64,000 nt of DNA from a virus. Every line of letters begins with the position of its first letter. Within the stretch, counting starts at the first letter, position 1. A model generated the notes under the pieces. The model searched no databases and had not been told where the DNA came from. It saw nothing but the letters and a program-made list of their open reading frames with translations. This document shows positions 38,987-48,878 of this stretch, in pieces. The stretch lies in the IMG/VR virus record IMGVR_UViG_3300029393_000004. The stretch is one strand, 5' to 3'. The position numbers were made by a program, and so were the translations under genes.

Positions 38987-39781
38987 AATGATACCCTTAT
39001 AAAGTGTGTATTAAATTGTTTGTAGATTAGTAGTAGTGAATTACTATCTACACTTCATATTTTACGCTAATTTATATAAATGTCAACAAACACGAATAGG
39101 GATAAACCCTATTACGGGTAAATCCCTAAACCGAGAATGGGTGAGCGGGTCTAACTCCGAAAGGTCGCTAGTACACACTATAAGGGGATTAGAGCATGAC
39201 TGCTCTAATACTTTTAGAAACTAGCGGGAAACAGGTTAGATTTTCAGGTCACTACTCCCTAGCTCACTCATAAATTTTTACTCTTGTCAAACGAATTTTT
39301 CTAGGGATTTACCCTAGGGTGGTTATCAAAATCCCACCCGGTACCAGCATTTTAACTACCCCTCTGCTACCGCTTTTCATCACCCCTCGTTCACCCCCGC
39401 TTGCGGTGCCAACGTTTTTCCCACAAACCGAAGTTCCTTGGCACGGGCGAAGCGCGTGTGCGCTTGGAGGATAAAATTCGCTCGTCAATAGCGTGCCAAC
39501 ACTTTAACACAAAACGAATTCCTCGGCAAGAAGCGCTTCAAGCGATTTGCGTTCAGGATAAATTTCGCTGAGTCAATGCGCATTCCGAGGATTTTTGATG
39601 CTCAAGAAAGCACTTTCCAGCCCTTCTGAGCGTCTTTTGTGTTATGTCGTATATAGTTAGTTGGTTACTGCATAAAACTCCGTTATAGAACATTGGCAAC
39701 AGGTTTGTAGTCATTATTCATAAGTAAGTAACTACGCTATAATGCACATATCGAAACAACGAACTAATAGGGAGTTCAAAG

Positions 39782-40159
39782 ATGTACAAGATCGAAAAGC
39801 TCAGTAAATATGTTGATTGGGCCGAACCTGAAGATGAAGCTGTCGTATTCGACACTTTCGGTGAATTCATCAGTCAAGTAAAAGACGGTGAGATTTTCAA
39901 AGAATACTTCAAAGACGAAAGAGACGCCCCGTGTGCCCCGTGCGTTCTCAAGTTCGTACATAACGAAGAAGAAGCCCGCGAATTCGTCAAAAAAGCGATT
40001 GAAGCAGGTGATGAAGACTTCATAACCATACAACAATGCGCCGATAAAGATCATTATGACGGTGGTGCTTACGGTGTCTTAACTGGTGAATATGACGGTT
40101 ATGCAAGATTCAGTTTCACCAAACAGGGATATTTATTAGATAACCCGTTATTTGATTAA
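39782..40159 (+). CDS. hypothetical protein (paralog family with 40624..41031)
   Basis: GGGAG RBS, own promoter element and terminator. Shares the EAREFVKKAIE and GAYGVLTGEYDGYARFSFTKQGYLLD blocks with its paralog. Confidence 0.55.
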   Translation: MYKIEKLSKYVDWAEPEDEAVVFDTFGEFISQVKDGEIFKEYFKDERDAPCAPCVLKFVHNEEEAREFVKKAIEAGDEDFITIQQCADKDHYDGGAYGVLTGEYDGYARFSFTKQGYLLDNPLFD

Positions 40160-40623
40160 AGCAGTAGTACAGAATAACTCATAGTGTGTACCTTAAAACC
40201 CGCTATTCTTGTAGTGAAAAAGAAAGAATAGCGGGTTCTTTTTTTGCTCGCTTGAAGTTGTCTGACCGTCCACGATCCGCCTGCAAGCCACATATCTTGC
40301 CTTGAGCCAAGGGACTGCCTTCATAGCCAAGACTCCAGAGACTCCATTTGCCAAGTTTAAAAAGACTGTTTGCCAACACCGCAAAGACTCGTGCCAAGGA
40401 TTTTCTTTGCGTGCCAATGACAGTTGCCAACGCCACTAAGACTCTGTTGCCAGATGTGCAAAATTCGCGCCAAGGATAAATTTCGTGTGCCTAGGCAATC
40501 GTTTTGTTCTCTCAACTGTTTCCAAGGTTTCTGTCGGTTTGTTTTATTTCGTTGGAATGAGTTTGATTGAACCTTCCCGCCTACATTCAAACAGTTAATA
40601 TATAGTTATCGAAACAACGAACT

Positions 40624-41031
40624 ATGGGAGTTCACACTATGAAGATCGAAAAATTCAAGAAGTACGATCGCACCGCAAAAGATAATAATTATTGTGTTGT
40701 TCTCAGTAATTTTGAAGAGTTCAAACGTTTTTCAAAAGGTGAGACTGCTGAATTAGTCGAGTTCGTCGAAACTCATAGAAAAGAACTTGGTTTTTGGCTC
40801 TGGGGAAGTTTCCCCGTCGTTTTCACTTTTGTAAAGGGCGAAAAAGAAGCCCGTGAATTCGTCAAAAGAGCGATTGATGAAATTAACGACATTGAATATA
40901 CAACCATACAGTTGTATGCAAAAGAAAACGGTTACAAGGGTGCATACGAGGTCTTGAGCGGTAAAGCCGACGGTTACGCAAGAATCAGTTACAGCGATCA
41001 GGGCTATCTAATTGACTCAATCGAAGTTTAA
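40624..41031 (+). CDS. hypothetical protein (paralog of 39782..40159)
   Basis: GGGAG RBS, with a terminator hairpin at about 41040-41095. Confidence 0.55.
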   Translation: MGVHTMKIEKFKKYDRTAKDNNYCVVLSNFEEFKRFSKGETAELVEFVETHRKELGFWLWGSFPVVFTFVKGEKEAREFVKRAIDEINDIEYTTIQLYAKENGYKGAYEVLSGKADGYARISYSDQGYLIDSIEV

Positions 41032-42085
41032 GCAGTAAGAAACCCGCTGTATTCAGAGCTACCCTATTTAGCTCAAAGTACAGCGGGTTTGTTTTATCGA
41101 TATTGATTATGTTGGAACGCATACAAGATGTTGTATGTATGAAAATTCCTTTGATTTCAACGGCTTCCAACGAATTTGTATATCTATGAATAGTGCCTTG
41201 GCATTAAAACCCACCGAATTTGATTGCCAGAGTTTGAAGAACTGGTTATTTGAATGCCTTGAATTGAGAGACTCACCGCCTGCTAATAAAAGACCGCCTA
41301 CTCTACCGCTTGTTATAATGAAATTGCTTTTTTAAGCGAACACTCAAAAGCACAATCCGCTTAGATTTATGCGGGCGCTAAATCAGTTGTCATTTACTTG
41401 TAAGTGATAATTAAAAAGCCCCGCTATTGGTAGTAGCGGGGCTGATAATTCCATAAGTGCTTAAATGAGTACGAAGCATAAAAAGCACAGAAGAACTATA
41501 TCACACAAAGAACTAAAAGAGTATCGAAAGATGCTCGTTGCCTTACTTTGGTTTCTCAGTTTGGTAATGATAACGGTTCTTGATTTAGTTCAGATGTAAT
41601 TTTTCTTCCCTTCGGGATGTTGTGTCGTCTCGAAGGTTTTTCTTTTTGCGTTTTCTCTGGACGCAATGCGGCTAAGGCTAAGAATAATTAAATTTAATTC
41701 TTTATTCTCTATTTCTCTTTTTTCTTAAGGGTTTACACATCCGATTGGAAAACCTTGAAAAGAAAATGGTAAAAGTTCCCTTACCCATTTTTTCAACTTG
41801 GTACTACTAATCCAAGAAGCACTGTAATGGTTAAGAGACTTTCCATCTTCAACAGGTTACCGATCGGATCAACATCCGCTTAGTTCTAACCTCGCCAAAG
41901 AAAACGCAAAAGTTCCCAGAAAAGCCCTAAAGAAGGTGTGACTTTCGTCACAAAATATCATGAACATGACTGTATCACAAAATACTTCTTTTGTAAATAG
42001 TTGACTACTTATTTATTTGTGTATAATGAGAATTGTTGAAAGTGAATCGCTTTCGTCATTTTGTTTACATCGTTTGGAGAAAAAG

Positions 42086-42355
42086 ATGTTTGAAAAAGCC
42101 GCCAAAGAGTACATTCGTAAAAAGAATGCCATGACCGCTTCAATCAATTCTGAGATCAACAAAGAGCGTCAACCACGCCTTGAGAAACGTGCAGAAAGTC
42201 AAAGAATCAGAGCAAAAGCCAAAGCGTTATCTGAGTTGCGTGAAATGCTTTCTGCCTTGACCCAATCGGGCGCCTCTGAGTCTGACATCAAGACCTTGCG
42301 TAATAAGTGCGTAAGACTTTCCAATGAGCTTGCAGATAAAGCCATCGCCTCATAG
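42086..42355 (+). CDS. hypothetical helical protein
   Basis: Start at MFEKAAKEY with a GGAGAAAAAG RBS. Upstream TTGACT/TATAAT-like promoter at about 42001-42027. Terminator at about 42362-42415. Confidence 0.45.
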   Translation: MFEKAAKEYIRKKNAMTASINSEINKERQPRLEKRAESQRIRAKAKALSELREMLSALTQSGASESDIKTLRNKCVRLSNELADKAIAS

Positions 42356-42492
42356 CTTGCTCATCTGACATTCAACCTCTCAGAAACGCTCAAAATCGCT
42401 TTCTGAGAGGTTTTTCTTTTCAACGCAGTTCGGTACTCAAAAAACAAAAGAAAAGCGCTCAGAAGAGCGCTACAAAGGTTTTAGAAGGTGTT

Positions 42493-42843
42493 TTAAGCAA
42501 TATCGCAGAGAAACCTAAACCGATATGGTTCAATCGGTAGCTCTAACCATTGTTCCTCCGTTTCTATTCCCCTGTACGTTCTGCCATGGAATAATCGCAT
42601 TCTGAAGATAAACGCCATGACATGAAGAATTTGTCTGCCAGTCTTTCCTTCTGCCAACCTGTGAACAATTCCATCTTTCGTATAGCAAGCCAAGAAGTCA
42701 CCGCGAGATTCCAAGAAAGCGGTTCCTTCGTCATCAAACACAAGGTTGACATTCTTTCCAAAGCCGAAGGGAGAGACGCCAACGCTGGTCAATCTTTGTC
42801 GGAAGGGTTTGGATTCTTCATTTTCGAGCGAGAAATAAAGCAT
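42493..42843 (-). CDS. hypothetical protein
   Basis: 116-aa ORF. Confidence 0.4.
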   Translation of the reverse strand: MLYFSLENEESKPFRQRLTSVGVSPFGFGKNVNLVFDDEGTAFLESRGDFLACYTKDGIVHRLAEGKTGRQILHVMAFIFRMRLFHGRTYRGIETEEQWLELPIEPYRFRFLCDIA

Positions 42844-42919
42844 TTCATAATACCTTTTCTTAAGTAATCACTTATTTATTTTACGCTCGAAAGCCCGTGA
42901 TTGCTCACGGGCTGAAATT

Positions 42920-43078
42920 TTGTTTATTCTTCTTCGCTTGATTCTTCTTCGCCCCATTCTTCAAGGTCTTTAGAGATTTGTTCGTCAATCTCTGTCAATT
43001 CTTCTAAAGATTCAAGCATTTCTAAATCATCAAAATCGCAACCGAAGAACTCAGCTAATTGATCATAATCATCAAACA
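42920..43078 (-). CDS. small acidic protein (~52 aa)
   Basis: Manual translation gives MFDDYDQLAEFFGCDFDDLEMLESLEELTEIDEQ... It is preceded by the conserved promoter/leader element and followed by a hairpin at about 42885-42910. Confidence 0.35.
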
Positions 43079-43266
43079 TTTTCAAACTCCCTATTAGTTC
43101 GTTGTTTAGATATATGTATATTACTCTCGTGTTTATTGGCGGGGAGTTTGATTAAAGTTAGTGCCAAGATTTGCACTGTGACTAATTGAGTGCCAAGGAA
43201 TTAAGTTTTTAAATCTTAGGAATTGAATCAGTCAGCGTTTGACCCGCATCCCTGCGGGTCTTTTGT

Positions 43267-43542
43267 TTAGAGAAAAGCGGGAATTTCTCTCATATCCCAA
43301 TCGTGCTTACCGATGTAGGGGTTATTGGTTGCGTAGCGGTCTGAGAATGATTTGATATGACGGGCCGTTGTGCGTGACCATGCAGACGACATCTTGTAAA
43401 GTGTACCGTTTTTGATGTAAGCAACTTTTGTCGAGTAAGAAACCAAAATTTTGAGACCGCTTTCAAGCTCTTGAACCTTTGCTTTATGGTAAAAACTCTT
43501 GTGACCGTCGTACTCAGAAGGTTGTAATTCGTAAGTCTTCAT
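43267..43542 (-). CDS. hypothetical protein
   Basis: Own promoter/leader copy and terminator. Confidence 0.5.
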   Translation of the reverse strand: MKTYELQPSEYDGHKSFYHKAKVQELESGLKILVSYSTKVAYIKNGTLYKMSSAWSRTTARHIKSFSDRYATNNPYIGKHDWDMREIPAFL

Positions 43543-43615
43543 TTTTGAACTCCCTCGTTCATTGTTTCGATATAGACATATTACCCGTTTGAGTATTGGC
43601 GGGGAGAGTTAACTT
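43543..43615 (-). promoter_or_regulatory. conserved phage promoter/5'-leader element (consensus, gene-sense: CTCCCCGCCAATA-N16-19-TAATAT..TATATCGAAACAACGAAC...GGGAGTTCAAAAATG)
   Basis: One of at least 10 copies found by eye. The others lie at about 43081-43150, 44113-44175, 44987-45050, 45636-45700, 46306-46375, 48879-48945 and 55658-55725 (minus sense), and at 39745-39781 and 40570-40623 (plus sense). Each sits directly 5' of a small gene. Confidence 0.6.
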
Positions 43616-43728
43616 AATTACAGCCAACGTTTGAGAAGTTATGAAGTTAGAGCCAAGGAATTTTGTTTCTAATTCCTAGGAATTATTGATGTAAAAACAA
43701 ACCCCGCAGGGTTGCGGGGCGTTGTGTG

Positions 43729-44112
43729 CTATACGCACACATAATCGTTATAGAAGTCAAACAAGAAATTCTTGAATTGTTGTTTTTCTTCTTCGTTTTC
43801 TAAGTCAAACATGAAATTGAAGAATTCGACATCTTTGGGTACTGAGATATGTAATCTATCCCAATCGGCGCCCTTGTCATTAAAATCGTTGTCGATTGAA
43901 TCGGTTGACTCGCAAACTTTAACCCAGACACCGTACTCGGTTTTTGTGATGCTTTTATCTGCGTTAAGAAATTGAACGTCATCAGCAAGAAAAATCAACT
44001 CAGCAGTGAAATCACAACTTCTCAACTGATTGTAGTCGTTCAGACAACCGTGATTTTTTTGATGACGACCTGCGAATTTTGCGTATTTTTTAACTAAGTC
44101 TTTCATTTGCAC
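43729..44112 (-). CDS. hypothetical protein
   Basis: Own promoter/leader copy. Terminator at about 43695-43725. Confidence 0.5.
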   Translation of the reverse strand: MQMKDLVKKYAKFAGRHQKNHGCLNDYNQLRSCDFTAELIFLADDVQFLNADKSITKTEYGVWVKVCESTDSIDNDFNDKGADWDRLHISVPKDVEFFNFMFDLENEEEKQQFKNFLFDFYNDYVCV

Positions 44113-44417
44113 TCCCTTTAGTGCGTTGTTTCAATATATGTATATTACTCTCATGGTTATTGGCGGGGAGATTGTTTTCAGTTAGTTCCAACGTTGTAGC
44201 GTTTTCACTTCCAATAATGTTGCGTTTTTACTTCCGAGTTTGTAGCGCCAAGGAATTGATTATTCTTTTTCGTTGGATTTCGTTTGCTTAATGTCAAGGC
44301 AATGCGTGCGCATTCGGCTCTGGATATAAATTTCGGCCAACAAATAGCTCTGTTGTTTCCAAGGATTTAATTACGCAAAACAAAACCCGCCAATCTTCTT
44401 TAGCGGGTCTCTTTTCG

Positions 44418-44660
44418 TTAATCAAGAGGTTTGTAATAGCACCTGTAGCACGTACCCCAAACACCTAAGATGTCATCACGGTAAAACTCCCCTTCATCAT
44501 CAGGGTCAACCGTTGTGAGTACGTTATTGTGTCGCATGAATTCCCGTACTGTTTCGGCTTCTTCGGGATAATCATAATCAAGCCCTGTGAAGTCATTGTT
44601 AATTAAAGCGGTCATGTGAGCTTCTAGAAAATAACCGATTAAATAATCATCTAAGTTCAT
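44418..44660 (-). CDS. hypothetical protein
   Basis: 80 aa, in a bicistron with 44672..44986. Confidence 0.45.
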   Translation of the reverse strand: MNLDDYLIGYFLEAHMTALINNDFTGLDYDYPEEAETVREFMRHNNVLTTVDPDDEGEFYRDDILGVWGTCYRCYYKPLD

Positions 44661-44671
44661 AATTCACCCCT

Positions 44672-44986
44672 TTACTGTTCTGCATCATCAACCAACTTAG
44701 CAACTAACCAGTTGAGGTAAAGCGCTGTATAAATTCTTTTCGCTTTGTCGGTACACGTGATAATGTCTTTGAAAGACAAACCGATTTCATAAAGAAACTG
44801 ATGACCGCTATCAAGCACTTCATTTTCGACGTAAGCGAGAATCTTTTGATTGAATTCTTCGTTATCCCAAAACTTGAGTAATTCTTCAGTCGTGAAGACT
44901 TTCTCAGCACTTTCGTTTATTAACCTGAAAAGGTTATTACAGCAGTCATGAAGATTAACTGTTGCTTCAATCGTTATAACAATCAT
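44672..44986 (-). CDS. hypothetical protein
   Basis: Promoter/leader copy upstream. Confidence 0.45.
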   Translation of the reverse strand: MIVITIEATVNLHDCCNNLFRLINESAEKVFTTEELLKFWDNEEFNQKILAYVENEVLDSGHQFLYEIGLSFKDIITCTDKAKRIYTALYLNWLVAKLVDDAEQ

Positions 44987-45242
44987 TTTTAACTCCCGTT
45001 AAGTTTGTTTCGATGATTAAAGTTTACGCTACTGATTATTGGCGGGGAGTTAATTTATTTTTTAATCCAATGATTTAGAAAGCCATAGCCTAGGATTTAG
45101 AATTGTTTTTATTGGAATTAGTTTATTGGATTTAATTTATTGGAATTAAATAATTAAATGCCTTGGCAACAAATACCGTATCAATTAAATGCCTACAATT
45201 CATTGATTAAAAAAGCGGGATTGCTCCCGCTCTTCGGTATGG

Positions 45243-45635
45243 TTATTCTTCAACCATATCAATCATTCTACTGATTACATCTTCTACATAAACCCACACG
45301 TAATTGTTAATTGCGCAGTCTGTTTTTTCAATGATTTCATAGATTTCAAGTCTCATTGTTTGTTGAAAATCCGCCCACCCAAGCTCGGCGCAAAGATTTT
45401 CAACAAATTCATCAACTTGATCTTCAAACTTTTGATAAAACTCTTTTGTGTCAGAGTAGTAAATCAACGGCCCGCAAGCTCCCGAAGCGCAACCGTGTTC
45501 ATAAGTTTCATTAAGCATTTCAGCTAAAGACTGCAATTCATCTTCTGAACTATCTTTATCGCAACCAAAGAAGTCGAACAGTTTTGTAAATTCATCTTCT
45601 TTAAATAACTTGCGAATATTTTTACTGTTTAACAT
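45243..45635 (-). CDS. hypothetical acidic protein
   Basis: Promoter/leader copy upstream. Confidence 0.45.
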   Translation of the reverse strand: MLNSKNIRKLFKEDEFTKLFDFFGCDKDSSEDELQSLAEMLNETYEHGCASGACGPLIYYSDTKEFYQKFEDQVDEFVENLCAELGWADFQQTMRLEIYEIIEKTDCAINNYVWVYVEDVISRMIDMVEE

Positions 45636-45876
45636 TTTTGAACTCCCTCGTTCGTTGTTTCGTTATGTATATATTAGTCTTTTGATTATTGGCGGGAGCT
45701 GTAAATATTTTCGATTCCAATGTTTTAAACCTACTAATTTATTTCTTAGGAATTAAATTATTTTCATTGTTGGAAATAGATTTTTGTTTCCTAGGCTATA
45801 AATAAATTCAAATAAAAATTCCAAAGAAAGCTGCTTAAAAAATAACCCCGCATTTCTGCGGGGCTTGTCTTGTCGG

Positions 45877-46305
45877 TTAGAGTTTCGCTATTTCGGTTTG
45901 AAGTTTCTCAATGAACTCATTGATGAGTGGTATAACGAACCTGATGAAATCGGGCCGATACATCATGTAGCTCAAAGAATTCAGAGCTTCATCACCCATT
46001 TCGTCTTCTGAGTAGTTATAAGTCATACGCTTATCGGGGAAGTAAATCAGCTCAAATCGCTTGCATTCTTCATCAGAGAAGAGTTTGACTGCGTACCAGC
46101 AAACGGCACTACCTTCTTCATTAGTTTCGGGGTCTTTTCTGTACAGATACAGGTCAACGGGAAGGTGTTCTTCGTAAACTTCATCTTCTTTGTTCACACC
46201 GAACGGGGTATGAAGTTCAACACGCAAATTACCGAAGGTTTTGGTAACGCTTAAGTCACCGATTGTTTCAGAAAGAAGGTTCGCAACGTTTTCAAGTTTC
46301 GTCAT
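45877..46305 (-). CDS. hypothetical protein
   Basis: Start at the internal MTKLENVANLL, right after a promoter/leader copy. The track ORF extends artificially through the promoter to 46446. Confidence 0.5.
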   Translation of the reverse strand: MTKLENVANLLSETIGDLSVTKTFGNLRVELHTPFGVNKEDEVYEEHLPVDLYLYRKDPETNEEGSAVCWYAVKLFSDEECKRFELIYFPDKRMTYNYSEDEMGDEALNSLSYMMYRPDFIRFVIPLINEFIEKLQTEIAKL

Positions 46306-46891
46306 TTTTAAACTCCCATAGTGTGTTTGTTTCGACAATTCACAGTTTACGCTTACGAACGTAGGCGGGGAGATTTCTTTAATTCGATTCCAATAACTAT
46401 AAAATATTTTCCCGTTGTTCCTAGGAATTAGGAGAAATTTTCCCATTATCCTCTTATCAACTATGGGAAAAATTCCCGTTTTGTTACAAATTCTGCGCCA
46501 AGGATATATTTCTTCTTATTTTAGCCACGTGTTTTCCAGGTTTTTCGTTTGTTCTCCCTCCAAGGCACACGTACTTCTGCTCTAAGGATAAATCCCGCCA
46601 AGGAATAGCTTTCAGATTCTTCAATTCTCCGCCATCTCTTCTCTGCCAAGGCGTCTTTATCTTTCCTAGGCGCTCTCACATGACGCTTCAAGGATAAATC
46701 TCGTCCGGATATGCCCTCCCTTTCTTCTTTCCACTGCTTTATTCAGCCAAAAATCCTTGCTGTTATTTTTTCGTAGATGATTTTCTTCATCTCATAGAGG
46801 GTCTGACTAAGCAACTCTCCAAGAGCCTCAAGACTTCTTCATTTTCGTCTTTTTCAAAAATTTTCGCTCACTGCTTTGTCAGACCGCCCTT

Positions 46892-47149
46892 TTAAATCGT
46901 ATTTTCAAGTGCTTTCATGACGCTGTTGACGATATTACCCATGTAATTGGTAATTTCTTGACGAGTTTCTTCATTTACCTCCGACATAACCTTCAAATAG
47001 TCTAATGTGAGGTAAATATCATTGTCTGTGTTCCATTCTTTGGTCAGCACATACTCCCTGTTTTCTTCATCAAATACTTTGATTGTGATTCTCGGAGACT
47101 GTAAATTTGGTATAACCATGCGGTCAAACTGCATTCTCGTAATCTTCAT
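46892..47149 (-). CDS. hypothetical protein
   Basis: 85-aa ORF. Confidence 0.4.
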   Translation of the reverse strand: MKITRMQFDRMVIPNLQSPRITIKVFDEENREYVLTKEWNTDNDIYLTLDYLKVMSEVNEETRQEITNYMGNIVNSVMKALENTI

Positions 47150-47369
47150 CGTCGTAACCTCTCATAAAATTGATAAATTCATTATATTTCAATCACTTTT
47201 TGGAAGGTTACTGTATAAATAAACTGTCCAAATCTTAAAATTGATGATTTTCTTAAACCCAATAACGGCGGGGCTTAGAGCTTGGTCAGACCCTCTGTGA
47301 GATGCTCAGTTTTCAAGGGATAAGATTACTGTATAAATACAGTGGTTTTACTGTATAAATCATTTCCGA

Positions 47370-47530
47370 GAGATTCTAAGTCAGTGCCTAGGAATTAAAG
47401 ACTCAGTGCCTTGGAATCAATGACTGCCTAGAAAAAGAAGACTCCGAATGTTGCCTATGAGAGAAAGACTCATTGCCTTGGAAATAGAGACTCATTGCCT
47501 TGGATTGAGAGACTGATTGATGTGAAAATA
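47370..47530. repeat. about seven direct repeats of AGACTCAnTGCCTTGGAAT-like 20-mers
   Basis: aaagactcagtgccttggaatc / aagactcattgccttggaaat / agagactcattgccttggattg, plus degenerate copies. Confidence 0.55.
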
Positions 47531-47599
47531 TTGGAATTAGCTTAGAATTTCACAATGTGGAAAATAGTGTCAGATTGATTGAGTTATGAATTTGCGTTA

Positions 47600-47775
47600 T
47601 CAATCCCTCCCCCTATTTCTGCCTTACACCCATTGATTCTTTCCTCTACTTCTTTCTTATCCTGTTGTATCTCTCTCTTCTCTGTTTTCTTACACCCATT
47701 GACTGATTTCTCTGTTTTGTTTTACACCTATTGATTCTTTCTTCTGTTCTCTCTTACATCTATTGATTGTCTGTC
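47600..47775. repeat. four direct repeats of CTTACACCCATTGATTC-like iterons
   Basis: Copies at about 47626, 47690, 47727 and 47752 within a 750-bp ORF-free region. Confidence 0.55.
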
Positions 47776-47901
47776 TATATACGTATTACGTCTGTACGTC
47801 TTTCTTCGGCTTGTATTCGTTCTCTATTAAGCGATTGCCTATGTCGAAAGTAGTTTGACAGGGCTGTGCGTTATCTTCGTTTACAGCCCTTTATTTGCGT
47901 T

Positions 47902-48228
47902 TTAGCAATTTTTTAAATCATCGACTAAAGAATCATATTGTTCTTTAGTGATATTTCCGCATTCAAGAGAATAGTCGAGATGTGTCTGACAATCTTCTTT
48001 AGCATCAAAGAAGTCGCCTCTATTGAACGTTTGACTTGAAATAAGTTCGTTTAATTCATCAGAGTTATTGAGCGGGACTTCTTTTCCGCCATCATCTTCA
48101 AGAATTGCGTAATGCTGATTGTGCTTTTCAATAAAGTGCAGACAAAGCGAAGTTTGCCAAAGTTTCTTTTGTGACGTAATCAGGTGTGCCATTAGGTTTG
48201 ATATAAACCGCATATCCAGTATGAGCAA
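47902..48228 (-). CDS. hypothetical protein
   Basis: 108-aa ORF. Confidence 0.4.
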   Translation of the reverse strand: MLILDMRFISNLMAHLITSQKKLWQTSLCLHFIEKHNQHYAILEDDGGKEVPLNNSDELNELISSQTFNRGDFFDAKEDCQTHLDYSLECGNITKEQYDSLVDDLKNC

Positions 48229-48371
48229 CGGCTTGTTCGATTTCTTTTCTAAGTTCTGTCATTTTGATGACCTTTTAAAAATTCATTATTTGATTATAGG
48301 CAAGCTATCAAGGCGTTTATGAGAGCTGTATTCATTCGTTGTTTACAGCCCTTCTATGTTATTTCTCTGTA

Positions 48372-48878
48372 TTAGCAATATCTCTTGATATGTCTCTTTG
48401 AAAACCAAATGTCGGGGTAAATTTCCGCTCTTTCGACTGGTTCAATCTTAATTTCTTCTTTAATTTTGTAAAGGTTATTTGTCTTCAACGCCAACTGAAT
48501 AAGATCGGTGAAGATTGATCTCATGTAACTGAGATAACAATCAATCATGTGTTTTTTAGTTCTGTCTTTGTCTTTAGGGAAGTATTTGTTCATAAAAAGT
48601 TCAAGACCCGAAGGTTCGTTCGAACGTAAATTCTTATCTTCTTCGTAAACCTCATTCAGTTTTTCGTACACATATTTATCTTCTAACCAAACCGCAACTG
48701 CAAAATCAGTGAGCGTTCTAAGATCAGTGTAGAAATCAATCCAATCGCAAAGACCTCCGATAGATGCGCCTAACGGATAAAGCATTTCATCTGTTAGCTT
48801 GCCATCGGTCAGGTATCCATTAAGCAAAAACTGACTGATTATGTAATCGCCCCTTTTAGCATCTATTAGTACCGTCAT
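48372..48878 (-). CDS. hypothetical protein
   Basis: Start at the internal MTVLIDAK, after a promoter/leader copy. The track ORF runs on to 48956. Confidence 0.5.
   Translation of the reverse strand: MTVLIDAKRGDYIISQFLLNGYLTDGKLTDEMLYPLGASIGGLCDWIDFYTDLRTLTDFAVAVWLEDKYVYEKLNEVYEEDKNLRSNEPSGLELFMNKYFPKDKDRTKKHMIDCYLSYMRSIFTDLIQLALKTNNLYKIKEEIKIEPVERAEIYPDIWFSKRHIKRYC

Noticed and set aside
39036-39224. 62-aa plus-strand ORF in the 39-kb noncoding region
   Set aside because: No RBS, and it overlaps the GGGATAAACCC repeats. More likely regulatory DNA.
41135-41335. 66-aa plus-strand ORF
   Set aside because: No RBS, odd composition, sits in a noncoding gap downstream of a terminator.
46306-46446. 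N-terminal 47-codon extension of ORF 45877..46446 (and likewise 48879..48956 of ORF 48372..48956)
   Set aside because: The extension reads straight through the conserved promoter/leader element and RBS. The true start is the internal Met that follows GGGAG.
47195-47360. Possible LexA/SOS box in the ACTGTATAAATACAGT palindromes
   Set aside because: The spacer between CTGT and ACAG is 6 nt, not the 8 nt of the gamma-proteobacterial consensus. Kept only as a generic operator-like repeat.
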